A program made the translations under genes and the position numbers. DNA of 64,000 bases from positions 544,001 through 608,000 of the forward strand of contig CAWHFW010000002.1 of NCBI GenBank assembly GCA_963828735.1. Direction: 5' to 3'. The notes beneath the pieces are model-generated. The model was not told the DNA's origin. It was given only the letters and a program-made list of their open reading frames with translations, and did not search any database. Shown piece after piece: positions 17,859 through 27,969 of the stretch. Each line of letters opens with the position of its first letter. The stretch's first letter is position 1. Source of the DNA: an uncultured Gemmatimonadales bacterium. Its GTDB lineage: Bacteria > Gemmatimonadota > Gemmatimonadetes > Gemmatimonadales > GWC2-71-9.

Positions 17859-19261
17859 GGTTTGGGCTCCCACTCCTGAATGGCGACCGCGGCGCCTGTT
17901 GGATCCTGAATGAGGGCAACGCGGCCATCGCGGATTTTCGGCGTCGGAGCGATCAGCACGTGGCCGCCCAAAGCCTGCACGCGGCCGACCGTCGCGTTGA
18001 CGTCCGTCACCCGCACGTAGGGAAGCCAGTTCGGTTTCACGTCGGTGGCGCGCAGCCTGGTCACTCCGGCACGCGGCCGTCCACCTGCCTCGAGTACATA
18101 GTAGGCCCGGTCCGCACCCGAATCCGGCTTGACCTCGTAGCTCGCCAGGTGGTTATAGAATTTGACGGCCGCTTCCGGGTCCGGGGTCCACAGCTCGTTC
18201 CAGAGCCACCCATCTACGGCCGGCGTGGTGTCGGGGGGATCGCCTTGCGGCGCCCGCATGACGACGAACGGCGCGTTCTGGGCGTCCGCGACCAGCGCCA
18301 CCTCGCCGCGCGGGCCCAGGCTCTTCGGACCCCAATGGACCTTCCCTCCGCCCGCCTTGATCACACCCACCGCAGAATCGACGTTGGGCACCGAGAGCGA
18401 CCCGAGCCACTGCGCGGGGACTCGCTCCGCCTTGCCGTCGCGAGTGTCGAGAATTCCGCCGATCGGCCGGCCCGCCTGCGTCACCACCATGTAGTTCCCC
18501 GAGTCGCTCTGCCGGAACTCCCAGCCGAACAGGCCCCCGTAGAACCGCTGCGCGGCAGCCGGATCGCCGGTGAGAAGGTCGTGCCACACGAACTTCCCCG
18601 GCAGCTCGGCGCCGGTCGGCGCCTCGGTGATGGCAGGTTCCTTGGCCGCACTGCAGCCGTGCCCGAGGAGAGCCAGCAGGATCAGCGCCGCGAATCGTTC
18701 CGTGACGTGTCTCCCCAGCGCCCGCAGCCGGAATCCCAGCACGACGATCAGCAGGCCGAACAGGAACGTGTACGCGCCGATCAGACGGGCCGCTGCCGTG
18801 GCGCCCCATCCTGGATTCGCGATCGCGGCCGCCCCGAAGAGCACCGAGAGCACGCCGGACAGCCCAAGAAGCCATTCGCCTTCGATCTCCCGGCGAAGCC
18901 GGATGGCGAGGGCCAGCTGCATGATGCCGATCACGATCGCCCAGGCGGCGATGAACAGGAGAATCACCAACGCGGTCACGCCCGGTCGTGCGATGCTGAA
19001 ACCGCCGGCCGCGATGCCGACGAGGCCGATCAGGACCATCGGCCACACCGGTCGCCCCTCATCACGAACCCGCACCGCGGTGATGAGCGCGACGATGCCG
19101 TCCACCAGCGCGTAGAGACCCCAGAGCGTGGCCAGCGCGAGGACCGTGACGCCGGGCCAGGCAAACGCCACAATCCCCAGGACCACCGCCAGGATTCCCC
19201 GCAGGACGAGGAGTCGCCACTGATGTCTCAGATCGACCAGGAATCCACGGACCGGCATCAT
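17855..19261 (-). CDS. HdeD (DUF308) membrane domain fused to a VOC/glyoxalase two-domain protein
   Basis: N-terminal LRGILAVVLG...WAIVIG...EIEGEW, C-terminal PGKFVWHDLLT, WLWNEL and QDPTGA. Confidence 0.8.
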   Translation of the reverse strand: MMPVRGFLVDLRHQWRLLVLRGILAVVLGIVAFAWPGVTVLALATLWGLYALVDGIVALITAVRVRDEGRPVWPMVLIGLVGIAAGGFSIARPGVTALVILLFIAAWAIVIGIMQLALAIRLRREIEGEWLLGLSGVLSVLFGAAAIANPGWGATAAARLIGAYTFLFGLLIVVLGFRLRALGRHVTERFAALILLALLGHGCSAAKEPAITEAPTGAELPGKFVWHDLLTGDPAAAQRFYGGLFGWEFRQSDSGNYMVVTQAGRPIGGILDTRDGKAERVPAQWLGSLSVPNVDSAVGVIKAGGGKVHWGPKSLGPRGEVALVADAQNAPFVVMRAPQGDPPDTTPAVDGWLWNELWTPDPEAAVKFYNHLASYEVKPDSGADRAYYVLEAGGRPRAGVTRLRATDVKPNWLPYVRVTDVNATVGRVQALGGHVLIAPTPKIRDGRVALIQDPTGAAVAIQEWEPKP

Positions 19262-19313
19262 TTCCCCAGCTGAAGTCGCATTTCTACAGCTATGACGTGG
19301 CGGGATGCGAGGC

Positions 19314-19330
19314 CACTGGACCTTCGTGCA
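19314..19330 (-). promoter_or_regulatory. Regulon box
   Basis: Minus strand tgcacgaaggtccagtg. TAGCTG 21 bp downstream is an imperfect -10. Confidence 0.8.
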
Positions 19331-19429
19331 GCGCACCCTTCGCTCAGAGCACCCCGACGCCCTGCGCGTCCAGATCTGAACGCTCGGCATCGGCCCGACG
19401 CAGCTCCCGGTCCCAGAGAGGGCTCGCAC

Positions 19430-19446
19430 TGTACCAAAGTTCAGTC
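19430..19446 (+). promoter_or_regulatory. Regulon box
   Basis: tgtaccaaagttcagtc, with AAGATT 21 bp downstream. Divergent partner of the box at 19314. Confidence 0.75.
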
Positions 19447-19479
19447 GTCTGGCCGAAGAGGGGGAACAAGATTGGTCCC

Positions 19480-20649
19480 GTGAGCTCGTCCCCCGAAAAC
19501 ACGTTCGACGCTGGCCCGTACTCCCGGGTGCCGCATGTCCTTCGATGGGCTGGGCGCGGGCCGCACTGGCTGCGGAATCGTGCCTTCGCGCTGGCGGCGG
19601 TCGCGTGGGTGCCGCTCGCGGTGTTCAGCGCCGCGCAGGGCCTCGCTCTGAGCGACCAGCGGCGAGAGTCGCAGCTGCTCGATATCTCCGCGTACGTGCG
19701 CTACCTGGTGGCGATTCCCACCTTCGTGCTGGCGGAGGCCATCTGCCTGCCACAGCTGGGCAAGATCGTGCGTCAGTTCCTCGACGCCGGCCTGGTGACG
19801 GGTGATGAGCGAGGGGGATACGAGACGATCCTGGACTCGACGCGAACACTCCTCACCTCCCCCGAGGTCGAGCTGGCGCTTCTGGCGATCGCCTACATCT
19901 CGACCCTGGCCACGAGCGAATCGCTCTACCCGGAAGCCGTTTCCACTTGGGTGTCACCGATCCGGGAGGGCAGCCGCACTTTGTCGCTCGCCGGCTGGTG
20001 GCTCATGCTGGTGAGCCAGCCCCTGTATCAGGTTCTGATCGCGATCTGGCTCTGGCGAGTCGTGGTCTGGGCGCGGCTACTCTGGAAGCTGTCGCGCCTG
20101 AACCTCCAGCTGCTCCCCTCCCATCCGGACCGCGCCGGCGGACTGGCCTTCGTGGGGACCTCTCTCCGGGGCTTCACGCCGGTCGCCTTCGGCCTCGGCG
20201 CGGCCGTCGCTGCCGGCGCGGCCGAGGCGATCTTCGTCGATGGCCGGCCGGTGCAGGAGTTCAAGCTGGTGGTCGGGGCACTGGTCGTCGGCATGGTGGT
20301 GCTGTTCGCGGGGCCGCTCTTCATCTTTGCTCCGCCTCTGCGCCGGGCGCGCATTCGCGGGATCTTCGCCTACGGGGAGTTGGCCAGCGCGGTGGGTCGG
20401 CGATTCGAGGACCGGTGGCTCGGTCGGCACGGCGAGGTGAGTGACGACGCTCTGTCGGTGCAGGATTTCTCCGCGACCACCGACCTCTACCAGGTGGTCG
20501 CGAACGTCTCGGCGATGCGGGTGACGCCGGTCAACCTGTGGATTCTCATCCCGCTCGTGGTCGCGACCCTGCTCCCGTTCGTGCCGATCGTGCTCGCGAT
20601 CCTGCCATTGAGGGAGCTACTCGCGTTGATCGCGAAGCTTGCGATGTAG
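19480..20649 (+). CDS. Multi-pass membrane protein of unknown function
   Basis: About 8 hydrophobic segments, PSHPDRAGGL and DFSATTDL motifs. Start is uncertain. Confidence 0.75.
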   Translation: MSSSPENTFDAGPYSRVPHVLRWAGRGPHWLRNRAFALAAVAWVPLAVFSAAQGLALSDQRRESQLLDISAYVRYLVAIPTFVLAEAICLPQLGKIVRQFLDAGLVTGDERGGYETILDSTRTLLTSPEVELALLAIAYISTLATSESLYPEAVSTWVSPIREGSRTLSLAGWWLMLVSQPLYQVLIAIWLWRVVVWARLLWKLSRLNLQLLPSHPDRAGGLAFVGTSLRGFTPVAFGLGAAVAAGAAEAIFVDGRPVQEFKLVVGALVVGMVVLFAGPLFIFAPPLRRARIRGIFAYGELASAVGRRFEDRWLGRHGEVSDDALSVQDFSATTDLYQVVANVSAMRVTPVNLWILIPLVVATLLPFVPIVLAILPLRELLALIAKLAM

Positions 20650-20678
20650 CGCGCCCGCCCTATCGAGGAGCCTCAACG

Positions 20679-21362
20679 ATGGTCCTGGAATCCTTCCACG
20701 CGCTGTCGCGGCTGACGCAGTCGCCCGCCACCCCGCCGAGTGGCCAGCTCCTCGGCCCCAGCGAGTTGTTCACCCTGTTCTTCATCACGCTCGGCCCCAT
20801 CAAGCTGCTGACCCCGTTCGTCAGGCTCACCCGCGGCCTGGATGATGCCGCCCGACGACGGCTCGCGGTGCGGGCCACCGCGATCGCGACGGCCGCGGTG
20901 TTCGCCGGCGGTTTCCTAGGCGTGAGGGTGCTGTCCCAGTGGCACGTCTCGACGGAGGTCGTGCTGCTGGCAGGCGGGTTGGTGTTGCTGCTGGTGGCGC
21001 TCGCCCTGGTGCTTGAACAGTTCGAACCGCCACACCCCGAAGCCCCCGGAACAATGCCAGTCCCACCGTCGCCGTTTCTGATTGCCTTCCCGGGAATCGT
21101 GACGCCCTACGGCATCGCCGTGGTGATCGTCCTCCTGGCGGGCAGCCCGGACGCCCGGCGCACGATGCTGATCTGTGGAGTGCTCGTGGGCATGCTGGTC
21201 CTCGACCTCGTGACCATGCTGTTCGCCCACCCGATCGTCCGGTCCGCCACCTGGCTGCTTCAGATCTTCGGGGCAGTGCTGGGCGTGTTGCAGGTTGCGC
21301 TGGCCCTTCAGATCATGCTGACAGCGCTCCGACATCTCGGCGTCCTTCACATGCCCGAGTGA
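20679..21362 (+). CDS. MarC-family membrane protein
   Basis: LFFITLGPIK, AFPGIVTPYGIA, about 6 TM segments, GAGGAG RBS. Confidence 0.8.
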   Translation: MVLESFHALSRLTQSPATPPSGQLLGPSELFTLFFITLGPIKLLTPFVRLTRGLDDAARRRLAVRATAIATAAVFAGGFLGVRVLSQWHVSTEVVLLAGGLVLLLVALALVLEQFEPPHPEAPGTMPVPPSPFLIAFPGIVTPYGIAVVIVLLAGSPDARRTMLICGVLVGMLVLDLVTMLFAHPIVRSATWLLQIFGAVLGVLQVALALQIMLTALRHLGVLHMPE

Positions 21363-21391
21363 CGCGCCAGCGCCCACCGACGCTGCCCACC

Positions 21392-21408
21392 TGCACCAAG
21401 GTCCAATG
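21392..21408 (+). promoter_or_regulatory. Regulon box
   Basis: tgcaccaaggtccaatg, with CACCTT 22 bp downstream. Confidence 0.85.
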
Positions 21409-21554
21409 GAGAGCGCGGTGGCCATTGCGGCACCTTAGCCGGAGTGATCCAACGCGGTTTGCGTTCCCGCTCCCTTCCGCCGGCGGCGAGGCCGGTCCCT
21501 GCCCCGACCGCCGACAGGAAGAGGCAACGTCAAGGCTTGAGGCTTCCTTCCCCT

Positions 21555-22031
21555 ATGCGCCTGCGGACGGTTTCACGTGCCTTTGCGGCAGCCCTGGCGG
21601 CCGTGCTTATCCTGCTGCCCCGGCCTCTCCTGGCCGCCGGGCACGGCGCCTTCGAGGACAAGCTCGCCGACATCCTGGTGTGGGTGGTGCTGATTGTCGC
21701 CCCGGTGGTCGGCATCATCGTCTTCCTGGCGGTGCACATCATCCCCGAGAAGGTTGCCGAGAACCGGGAGCATCCGCAGCTCGATGCGATCAAGGTCCTC
21801 TGCCTGCTGTCCCTGGTGTTCGGCGGCATCCTGTGGCCCTTGGCGTGGATCTGGGCCTACACGAAGCCGGTCATGCACAAGATGGCCTACGGCGTTGACC
21901 GCGTCGCGCTCAAGGGGCACGGCGAGGCCGGCGGCACACCGATAACGCCCGCCGACGAGGCCGAGATCGAGCGGCTGCGCCGCCGCCTCCTCGAACTGGA
22001 AACCGGGACCGCCAGCGGTCAGGTTGGGTGA
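21555..22031 (+). CDS. DUF3302 (YibI/YiaW-like) membrane protein
   Basis: HIIPEKVAENREHPQLDAI...LWPLAWIWAY motif. Confidence 0.85.
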   Translation: MRLRTVSRAFAAALAAVLILLPRPLLAAGHGAFEDKLADILVWVVLIVAPVVGIIVFLAVHIIPEKVAENREHPQLDAIKVLCLLSLVFGGILWPLAWIWAYTKPVMHKMAYGVDRVALKGHGEAGGTPITPADEAEIERLRRRLLELETGTASGQVG

Positions 22032-22038
22032 GGGCGGC

Positions 22039-23166
22039 ATGGAAATCCTTCTCCTTGCGATCTACTCGATCTTCGTCTGGCTGATCTTCTTCAAGCTGAA
22101 GCTCCTGCCGTGGACCTTCGTGTGGCAGGTCGTCGTCGTCACGATCCCCATCATCGGCCTGACGGTACTGATCCTGCTTCTGAACGTCGTCGCGCCCAGC
22201 TCGCACGACGTCAGGGTGATCAACTACGTCGTGCAGATCGTGCCCCAGGTGAGCGGTCAGGTCGTGGAAGTGCCGGTACAGAACAATCAGTTCGTGAAGC
22301 GCGGGGAGGTGCTGTTGCGCCTCGACTCCGTGCCCTACGTGCTGAAGGTGCAGCAGCTCGAGGCCGAGCTCGCGAACACGGAAGGCCAGATCGGTCAAGC
22401 CCGGGAAGAGCTGGCCGCCGCCCAGGGAAGTACCGCGTCCCTGCGCGCCCAGCTCGCGCTGTCGGAGAAGCGCGTGCAGCAGCATCAGGAGCTGGTGCAG
22501 GCGGGCGCGGGAAACCGCTTCGACCTCGAAGCGGAACAGGCCGATGTCGAGGACACCAAGGCGAAGATCGCCGCGGCCACCGCCGACGAGGCGAAGGTAC
22601 GGAAGCGGCTGGGTGCCCACGCGGGCGGGTCCCAGGCCGAGATCGCGTCGACGCTGGCCCAGCTGGCGCAGGCCCGCTGGGATCTGAGTCGAACGACGGT
22701 CCTCGCCCCCGCGGACGGCTGGGCCATCAACGTGCAGGTCCGACCGGGCACCATGGCCGTGATGGTGCCGGTCAGGCCGGTAATGACGTTCGTGGAGAAG
22801 GAGCAGCAGGTGTACATGCTGTACACCCAGAACGAGCTGAGCAAGATCAAGCCGCACGATGAAGCCGAGATCTCGTTGAACACGATCCCGGGAAAGATCA
22901 TCAAGTGTCGCGTTCTGGGAGTAATCTGGGCGCAGGGTCAGGGGCAGCTCACCGCCAGCGGGGAGCTGCCGAACACCACGCAGGACCTCCCACCGGGCCG
23001 GTTCGCCGTCCAAGTGGAGTCCGAGGATTCCACCGTATTCCTGGCGGCCGGGGCGCGCGGACAAGGCGCTATTTACACCCAGCACGGTCGCCTCATCCAC
23101 CTCGTGCGCAAGGTGATCGTCCGGATAAGCGCGAAGCTGGACTACCTCATCCTCAAGCTGCACTAG
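22039..23166 (+). CDS. HlyD-family membrane fusion protein (YibH/YiaV-like)
   Basis: Two N-terminal TM segments, IVPQVSGQV...V.RGEVL lipoyl half, coiled coil, APADG. Confidence 0.9.
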   Translation: MEILLLAIYSIFVWLIFFKLKLLPWTFVWQVVVVTIPIIGLTVLILLLNVVAPSSHDVRVINYVVQIVPQVSGQVVEVPVQNNQFVKRGEVLLRLDSVPYVLKVQQLEAELANTEGQIGQAREELAAAQGSTASLRAQLALSEKRVQQHQELVQAGAGNRFDLEAEQADVEDTKAKIAAATADEAKVRKRLGAHAGGSQAEIASTLAQLAQARWDLSRTTVLAPADGWAINVQVRPGTMAVMVPVRPVMTFVEKEQQVYMLYTQNELSKIKPHDEAEISLNTIPGKIIKCRVLGVIWAQGQGQLTASGELPNTTQDLPPGRFAVQVESEDSTVFLAAGARGQGAIYTQHGRLIHLVRKVIVRISAKLDYLILKLH

Positions 23167-23167
23167 C

Positions 23168-24640
23168 ATGGAAGCCGCGCGCCGCCGGGTCGGAATCCGG
23201 CCCGCCTTCCTCCTCCTCCTCACCACCGCTGGCGCCCTGGCCGGGTGCAGAGTGAAGGAGCCGCCGTCCAGCGACCAAGTCGCGGCCGAAATGCTGCCGG
23301 CGATGAAGCTGCCGCCGGAGTGGGTGGCGACACCGGTGGACACGACACCGGTGGCGGAGGGATGGCTGACCACCCTCGGCGATTCGGCGCTGCTCGCCCT
23401 GGTGTCCGAGGCCCTGGTGCAGAACACCGATCTCCGCCTGGCGGCGGCACGGGTGGAAGCGGCCACCGGACAGATCAAGTTGGCGAGCTCGGCGCTCTAC
23501 CCTCACGTGGACATCGTCGGACACGGCGGCATCGGACTCGGCGGGGACGCCTCGGGCATTAACGGGATCCTCGTGCGGGCGGACTGGGAGGCCGACCTGT
23601 GGGGCCGTGTGCGCTACGGCCGTGCCGCGGCCCGCGCCGGGCAGGGCGCGGCGAGCGCCGATCTGGTGTATGCCAGGCAATCGCTCGCCGCGCTGGTGGC
23701 AAAGAGCTGGTACCTCGCTGCCGAGCTCCGCATGCAGGCCCGCCTGACGGCCTCGATGGCGAACGCGAGCGCAGAGCTTCTCCAGCTGACCGGGGTGGAG
23801 CGGAACGTCGGCACGGCCAACGATGAGGACGTGGCCCTCGCCAGCGCGGACGTGGGGACCTACCGCGACCGCGAGCTGCAGCTCAAGCAGAGCCAAGGGG
23901 AAGCGGTGCGGGCGCTCGAGGTCCTCGTGGGGCGGTACCCCGCCGCAACCCTCGCGGTCCCGGACAGCCTTCCGCCGGCGGTGCCCGACATCCCGGCGGG
24001 ACTTCCCGCCAGCCTCATCGCGCGGCGGCCGGACTTGGTGGCAGCGAGCGAGCGGGTATCGAGCGCGTTCTACGCCACGCGGCAAGCGGTCGCGGCCAAA
24101 TTGCCGGCCATCAAGCTCACCGGATCGTTCGGGGCGATCAGCAGCGAAGTGCTCCAGCTGCAGCCGGACTTCAGCAACCCGGTCGGCTCGCTCGGCGCGT
24201 CGCTGCTAGCGCCGATCTTCCACGCCGGCGAGCTGCAGGCGCAGGTGGACATCCGCACCGCCGAGCAGCGGCAGGCGGCGGCGACGTACGGGTCGGCTGT
24301 CCTCGCTGCGTTCCGGGACGTCGAGAACGCGCTTGCAGCCGAGCAGCTGCTCCGCGAGCGGCAGACGGTGCTGACCGAGGTCGTTGCGGAGCAGACTCGC
24401 GCGGTTGCGGTGACGCAGACGCGCTACCAGGTCGGCAAGTCGGACGTCCTCAGCGTGCTACAGCAGCGCATGCGGCTCTACGGCGCCGAAGCGACCCTGC
24501 TCGGGGTCCGCACCGAGCGGATCGTGCAGCGCATCAACCTTCACCTGGCGCTGGGCGGCGGCTTCGTTCCCCCCATCGACTCGACCGCCACCGACTCGAC
24601 TGCCGCCGACTCGGCATCGACGGCTCCCCCAGGCCACTAG
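23168..24640 (+). CDS. NodT/OprM-type outer-membrane efflux lipoprotein
   Basis: LAGC lipobox, WEADLWGRVR, RRPDL and LHLALGGG motifs. Confidence 0.9.
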   Translation: MEAARRRVGIRPAFLLLLTTAGALAGCRVKEPPSSDQVAAEMLPAMKLPPEWVATPVDTTPVAEGWLTTLGDSALLALVSEALVQNTDLRLAAARVEAATGQIKLASSALYPHVDIVGHGGIGLGGDASGINGILVRADWEADLWGRVRYGRAAARAGQGAASADLVYARQSLAALVAKSWYLAAELRMQARLTASMANASAELLQLTGVERNVGTANDEDVALASADVGTYRDRELQLKQSQGEAVRALEVLVGRYPAATLAVPDSLPPAVPDIPAGLPASLIARRPDLVAASERVSSAFYATRQAVAAKLPAIKLTGSFGAISSEVLQLQPDFSNPVGSLGASLLAPIFHAGELQAQVDIRTAEQRQAAATYGSAVLAAFRDVENALAAEQLLRERQTVLTEVVAEQTRAVAVTQTRYQVGKSDVLSVLQQRMRLYGAEATLLGVRTERIVQRINLHLALGGGFVPPIDSTATDSTAADSASTAPPGH

Positions 24641-24678
24641 GCCCCCGGCGAGGCACTCGGGCGCGATCAGGTGGCCAT

Positions 24679-26409
24679 ATGCGACGCTTGCTCCAGGAGA
24701 TGGTTCACGGCCCGCCCGGCGCGCCGCGCGACGACGACGTTCGCGCGGGCTCGCGTCTCATGCGCGCCGCGCCCGGCCTGGCGCAACTGCTCCACTATCG
24801 GAGGGAGTGGCTGGGCCACGACCTCGCCGCGGGAGCCTCCGTCGCGGCCGTGGCCCTGCCGACCGCGATCGCGTACGCCGAGATCATCGGCCTCCGGCCG
24901 GTGGTGGGCCTGTACGCCGCGATCCCGCCGCTCGTGGCCTACGCGATCTTCGGCACGTCGCGCCTCCTGATCGCGAATCCTGACGCCGCGGTCTGTGCCA
25001 TGGTCGCGGCCACGCTGGCTCCCCTCGCCGCGGCCAACCCCGACACGCTCGCTCCACTGGCAGCGGCACTCGCGCTGCTCACGGGGCTCATCTGCATCGG
25101 CGCCGGCTTCCTCAACCTCGGCTTCGTGGCCGATTTCCTGGCCCAGCCGATCCTCGTCGGCTTCCTCAACGGCGTGGCGCTCCAGATTTTTGTCGGTCAG
25201 CTCGGCAAGGTCTTCGGGTTTGCCATGGAGTCGCACGGGATCATCCCGAACCTGCTCGAGGTCGTCCGCAAGCTGCCCCTGACGCATCTGCCCACGCTGA
25301 TCGTCGGGGCGGTCGCCCTTGCCGTGATGGTCGCCACCCGGCGGTTCCTGCCCCGCTGGCCGGCCCCGCTGCTCGCGGTGCTGGTCGGGATGGGGCTGGT
25401 TCACGGCCTCGGGCTCGAGACCGCCGGGGTCGCGGTCGTAGGCGAGGTCCCGCCCGGATTGCCGTGGCCGCACCTGCCGATAGTGGACCCGCACCTGCTG
25501 AAGGCGCTGTTCGGCGCCGCGGTCGGGCTGGCGCTCTTGAGCTTTACCAAGTCGCTGGTGGTCGCGACGAGCTTTGTGGCAAAGCCGGGCGACGAGGTAG
25601 ACGCGGACCGCGAGCTCTACGCCCTGGGCGCGTGCCAGATCGCGGCGGGCCTCGCCGGCGGGTTCGCCGTCAGCGGCGCGGATTCCCGTACCGCGATGAA
25701 TCAGACCATGGGCGGAAAGTCCCAGCTCTCCGGACTGGTGGCGGCGGTCCTGATGACGCTGGTGCTGCTCTTCCTCACGGGTCCACTGCGATATCTGCCG
25801 ATGGCGGCGCTGGGAGCCGTGCTCATCATCGCCGCGTTCGGCCTCTTCGACATCCACGCGCTGAATGAGCTCCGACGGGTGAGCCGAGGGGAATTCGCGC
25901 TGGCGATGGTCACGACCCTCGGTGTCGTGACGCTTGGTGTCCTGGACGGCATCCTGCTCGCGGTGGGGCTCGCGCTGCTGTTGCTCGTGGCGCGTGCGTC
26001 GCGCCCGCCGGACGCGGAGCTGGGGCGCATGGCCGGGCTCGCCGGCTATCACGACGTCGCCGGGCACGAGGACGCCGAGCGGGTGCCCGGACTCGTGCTG
26101 TACCGATTCGGCGCCGCGCTGATGTTCTTCAACTCACCGTACTTCAAGCGCCGGCTCCTGGCCCTGGTCGCCGGATATCCCGACGTCAAATGGGTCGTCC
26201 TCGACGGCGGCCCGATCAATCTCATCGATACCACCGGCGCCGCGACGCTGCGCGCGGTCGCGGAGGACCTGGCCGGGCGGGGCATCACGCTGGCGCTCGC
26301 GAACGTCTCGTCGTCCGCGGGCGGGATCCTCGACCGCGCCGGGATGACCATCGTCACGCACAAGTCGCTGGAATCCGCGGTCAGCGCCTTTCGGAGCGGG
26401 GCCGCCTGA
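24679..26409 (+). CDS. SulP-family anion transporter with STAS domain
   Basis: DLAAGASVAAVALP.AIAYA, GLYAAI, and STAS LMFFNS...IDTTG. Confidence 0.92.
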   Translation: MRRLLQEMVHGPPGAPRDDDVRAGSRLMRAAPGLAQLLHYRREWLGHDLAAGASVAAVALPTAIAYAEIIGLRPVVGLYAAIPPLVAYAIFGTSRLLIANPDAAVCAMVAATLAPLAAANPDTLAPLAAALALLTGLICIGAGFLNLGFVADFLAQPILVGFLNGVALQIFVGQLGKVFGFAMESHGIIPNLLEVVRKLPLTHLPTLIVGAVALAVMVATRRFLPRWPAPLLAVLVGMGLVHGLGLETAGVAVVGEVPPGLPWPHLPIVDPHLLKALFGAAVGLALLSFTKSLVVATSFVAKPGDEVDADRELYALGACQIAAGLAGGFAVSGADSRTAMNQTMGGKSQLSGLVAAVLMTLVLLFLTGPLRYLPMAALGAVLIIAAFGLFDIHALNELRRVSRGEFALAMVTTLGVVTLGVLDGILLAVGLALLLLVARASRPPDAELGRMAGLAGYHDVAGHEDAERVPGLVLYRFGAALMFFNSPYFKRRLLALVAGYPDVKWVVLDGGPINLIDTTGAATLRAVAEDLAGRGITLALANVSSSAGGILDRAGMTIVTHKSLESAVSAFRSGAA

Positions 26410-26446
26410 CCGCAGTCTCGCCGTCGTGGTGAGGAGGGAGCGTACC

Positions 26447-27370
26447 ATGAAGACCCGGAAACCGCGCGGTGAGAAAGCGCGACACCAGCTCGACCATGGC
26501 CCCGTGCTGGTGCCGCCCGGGAAAAAACTTCGCCTCAAGGACCGCGACCCGGCCTACGCCGCCGGCTTCGATACCAAAGCGGAGGCGAAAGAGGCCCTGC
26601 TCGAGGACGTCTCGGGACTGGCGCAGGCCCAGGAGCTCTTGTGGGCCAGCAAGGCGTACGCCGTCATCATCATTTTCCAGGCGCTCGATGCGGCCGGGAA
26701 AGACGGCACCATCAAGCACGTCATGTCTGGGGTAAACCCCCAGGGCGTGGACGTGCTCAGCTTCAAGGCGCCCTCCGACGAGGAACGACTGCACCACTTC
26801 CTCTGGCGGCCCATGCGCGCGACGCCGGCCCGCGGGCGCATCGCCATCTTCAATCGCTCCTACTACGAGGAAGTCCTCGTGGTCCGCGTCCATCCGGAGA
26901 TGATCGAAAAGCAATGGGTCCCGCACGACCGGCTCGAGAACGGGTTGGAGGGTCTGTGGAAGGCGCGCTACGAGGACATCAACGCCTTCGAGCGGACCGC
27001 GGTACGCAACAACGTGTGCATCATCAAGTTCTTTCTGCACGTCTCCAAGAGCGAGCAGCGAGAGCGCTTCCTCGAGCGGCTCAACGACCCCGGCAAGAAC
27101 TGGAAGTTCTCCGCCGCGGACCTCCGTGAGCGAGGCCACTGGGACGAGTACCAGAAGGCCTACGAGGACATGCTCAGCGCCACGAGCACGAAGTGGGCGC
27201 CCTGGTACGTGATCCCCGCCGACAAGAAGTGGTTCACCCGTGCCTGCGTGGCGGACATCATCACCAGCCGGATCGAGGAGCTGAGCCTGGCATTCCCCAA
27301 GGTCAGCAAGCGCGACCGGGCGGAGTTGGAGGAAGCACGGGCGGAGTTGGAGAAGGAGGATGGAGACTGA
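26447..27370 (+). CDS. ppk2: Polyphosphate kinase 2 family protein
   Basis: QALDAAGKDGTIK Walker A, FNRSYYEEVL, KNWKFS and APWYVIPADKKW. Confidence 0.92.
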   Translation: MKTRKPRGEKARHQLDHGPVLVPPGKKLRLKDRDPAYAAGFDTKAEAKEALLEDVSGLAQAQELLWASKAYAVIIIFQALDAAGKDGTIKHVMSGVNPQGVDVLSFKAPSDEERLHHFLWRPMRATPARGRIAIFNRSYYEEVLVVRVHPEMIEKQWVPHDRLENGLEGLWKARYEDINAFERTAVRNNVCIIKFFLHVSKSEQRERFLERLNDPGKNWKFSAADLRERGHWDEYQKAYEDMLSATSTKWAPWYVIPADKKWFTRACVADIITSRIEELSLAFPKVSKRDRAELEEARAELEKEDGD

Positions 27371-27850
27371 GCCACATCGGCCATACCGCTCGCGACCTGT
27401 GGCGCGAGACGGGCGGCACCGTCGAGCGTCGCGGGCGGGTCCATTCGCCGTGAGCGGAACGCGACCCCTGAGCCAGCCGCCGGAGAAGGCGACCACGGCG
27501 AAGGACAGCTGATCGGGCGCGCGCCCGGCGGGCCATCCTGGCGCCAAAGTTGGCATTTCGGACCTAATTCCGCCTTGGCGGACGACTTGGTTCCCCACTG
27601 ATCGCGGCCCCAAACCATGAAGACCCCGAAAAGGGGCCGTATTGAGGGCGAGGCGCCGGATAAAGTGTCTCAATCGTCCGAGTTGCGCCCGATGGAACTC
27701 GCTGCAACCTAAACGATCGTCCTCGACACATGGCTCGAGCTCGGCCCGAACCGTAGTCGTGATCGAGTGTTGTCGGTGAGTGAAGCGACCTTCACTAGGT
27801 CCCCGTGCCCGCCGGGCCGGACGACCCTCCGAGTGCACAGCTTCTCAGCC

Positions 27851-27867
27851 TGTACCAAAGTCCAGCA
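27851..27867 (+). promoter_or_regulatory. Regulon box
   Basis: tgtaccaaagtccagca. TTATCT/TATCTC 20-21 bp downstream is an imperfect -10. Heads the decarboxylase operon. Confidence 0.8.
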
Positions 27868-27969
27868 TCGCGGTGAGGGAGAGAGGGTTATCTCCTGTCC
27901 GAGGCTGCGGAACCGTTCGCAGCTCAGCGGCTTCTCTCAGCACGACGTGCCCCAACCCTGGCAAGCCAG

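Noticed and set aside
22108..22124. Good box match on the minus strand (cacacgaaggtccacgg) inside the HlyD gene
   Set aside because: It is explained by the codons for PWTFVW, is antisense to the gene, and has no NAnnnT at 21-22 bp.
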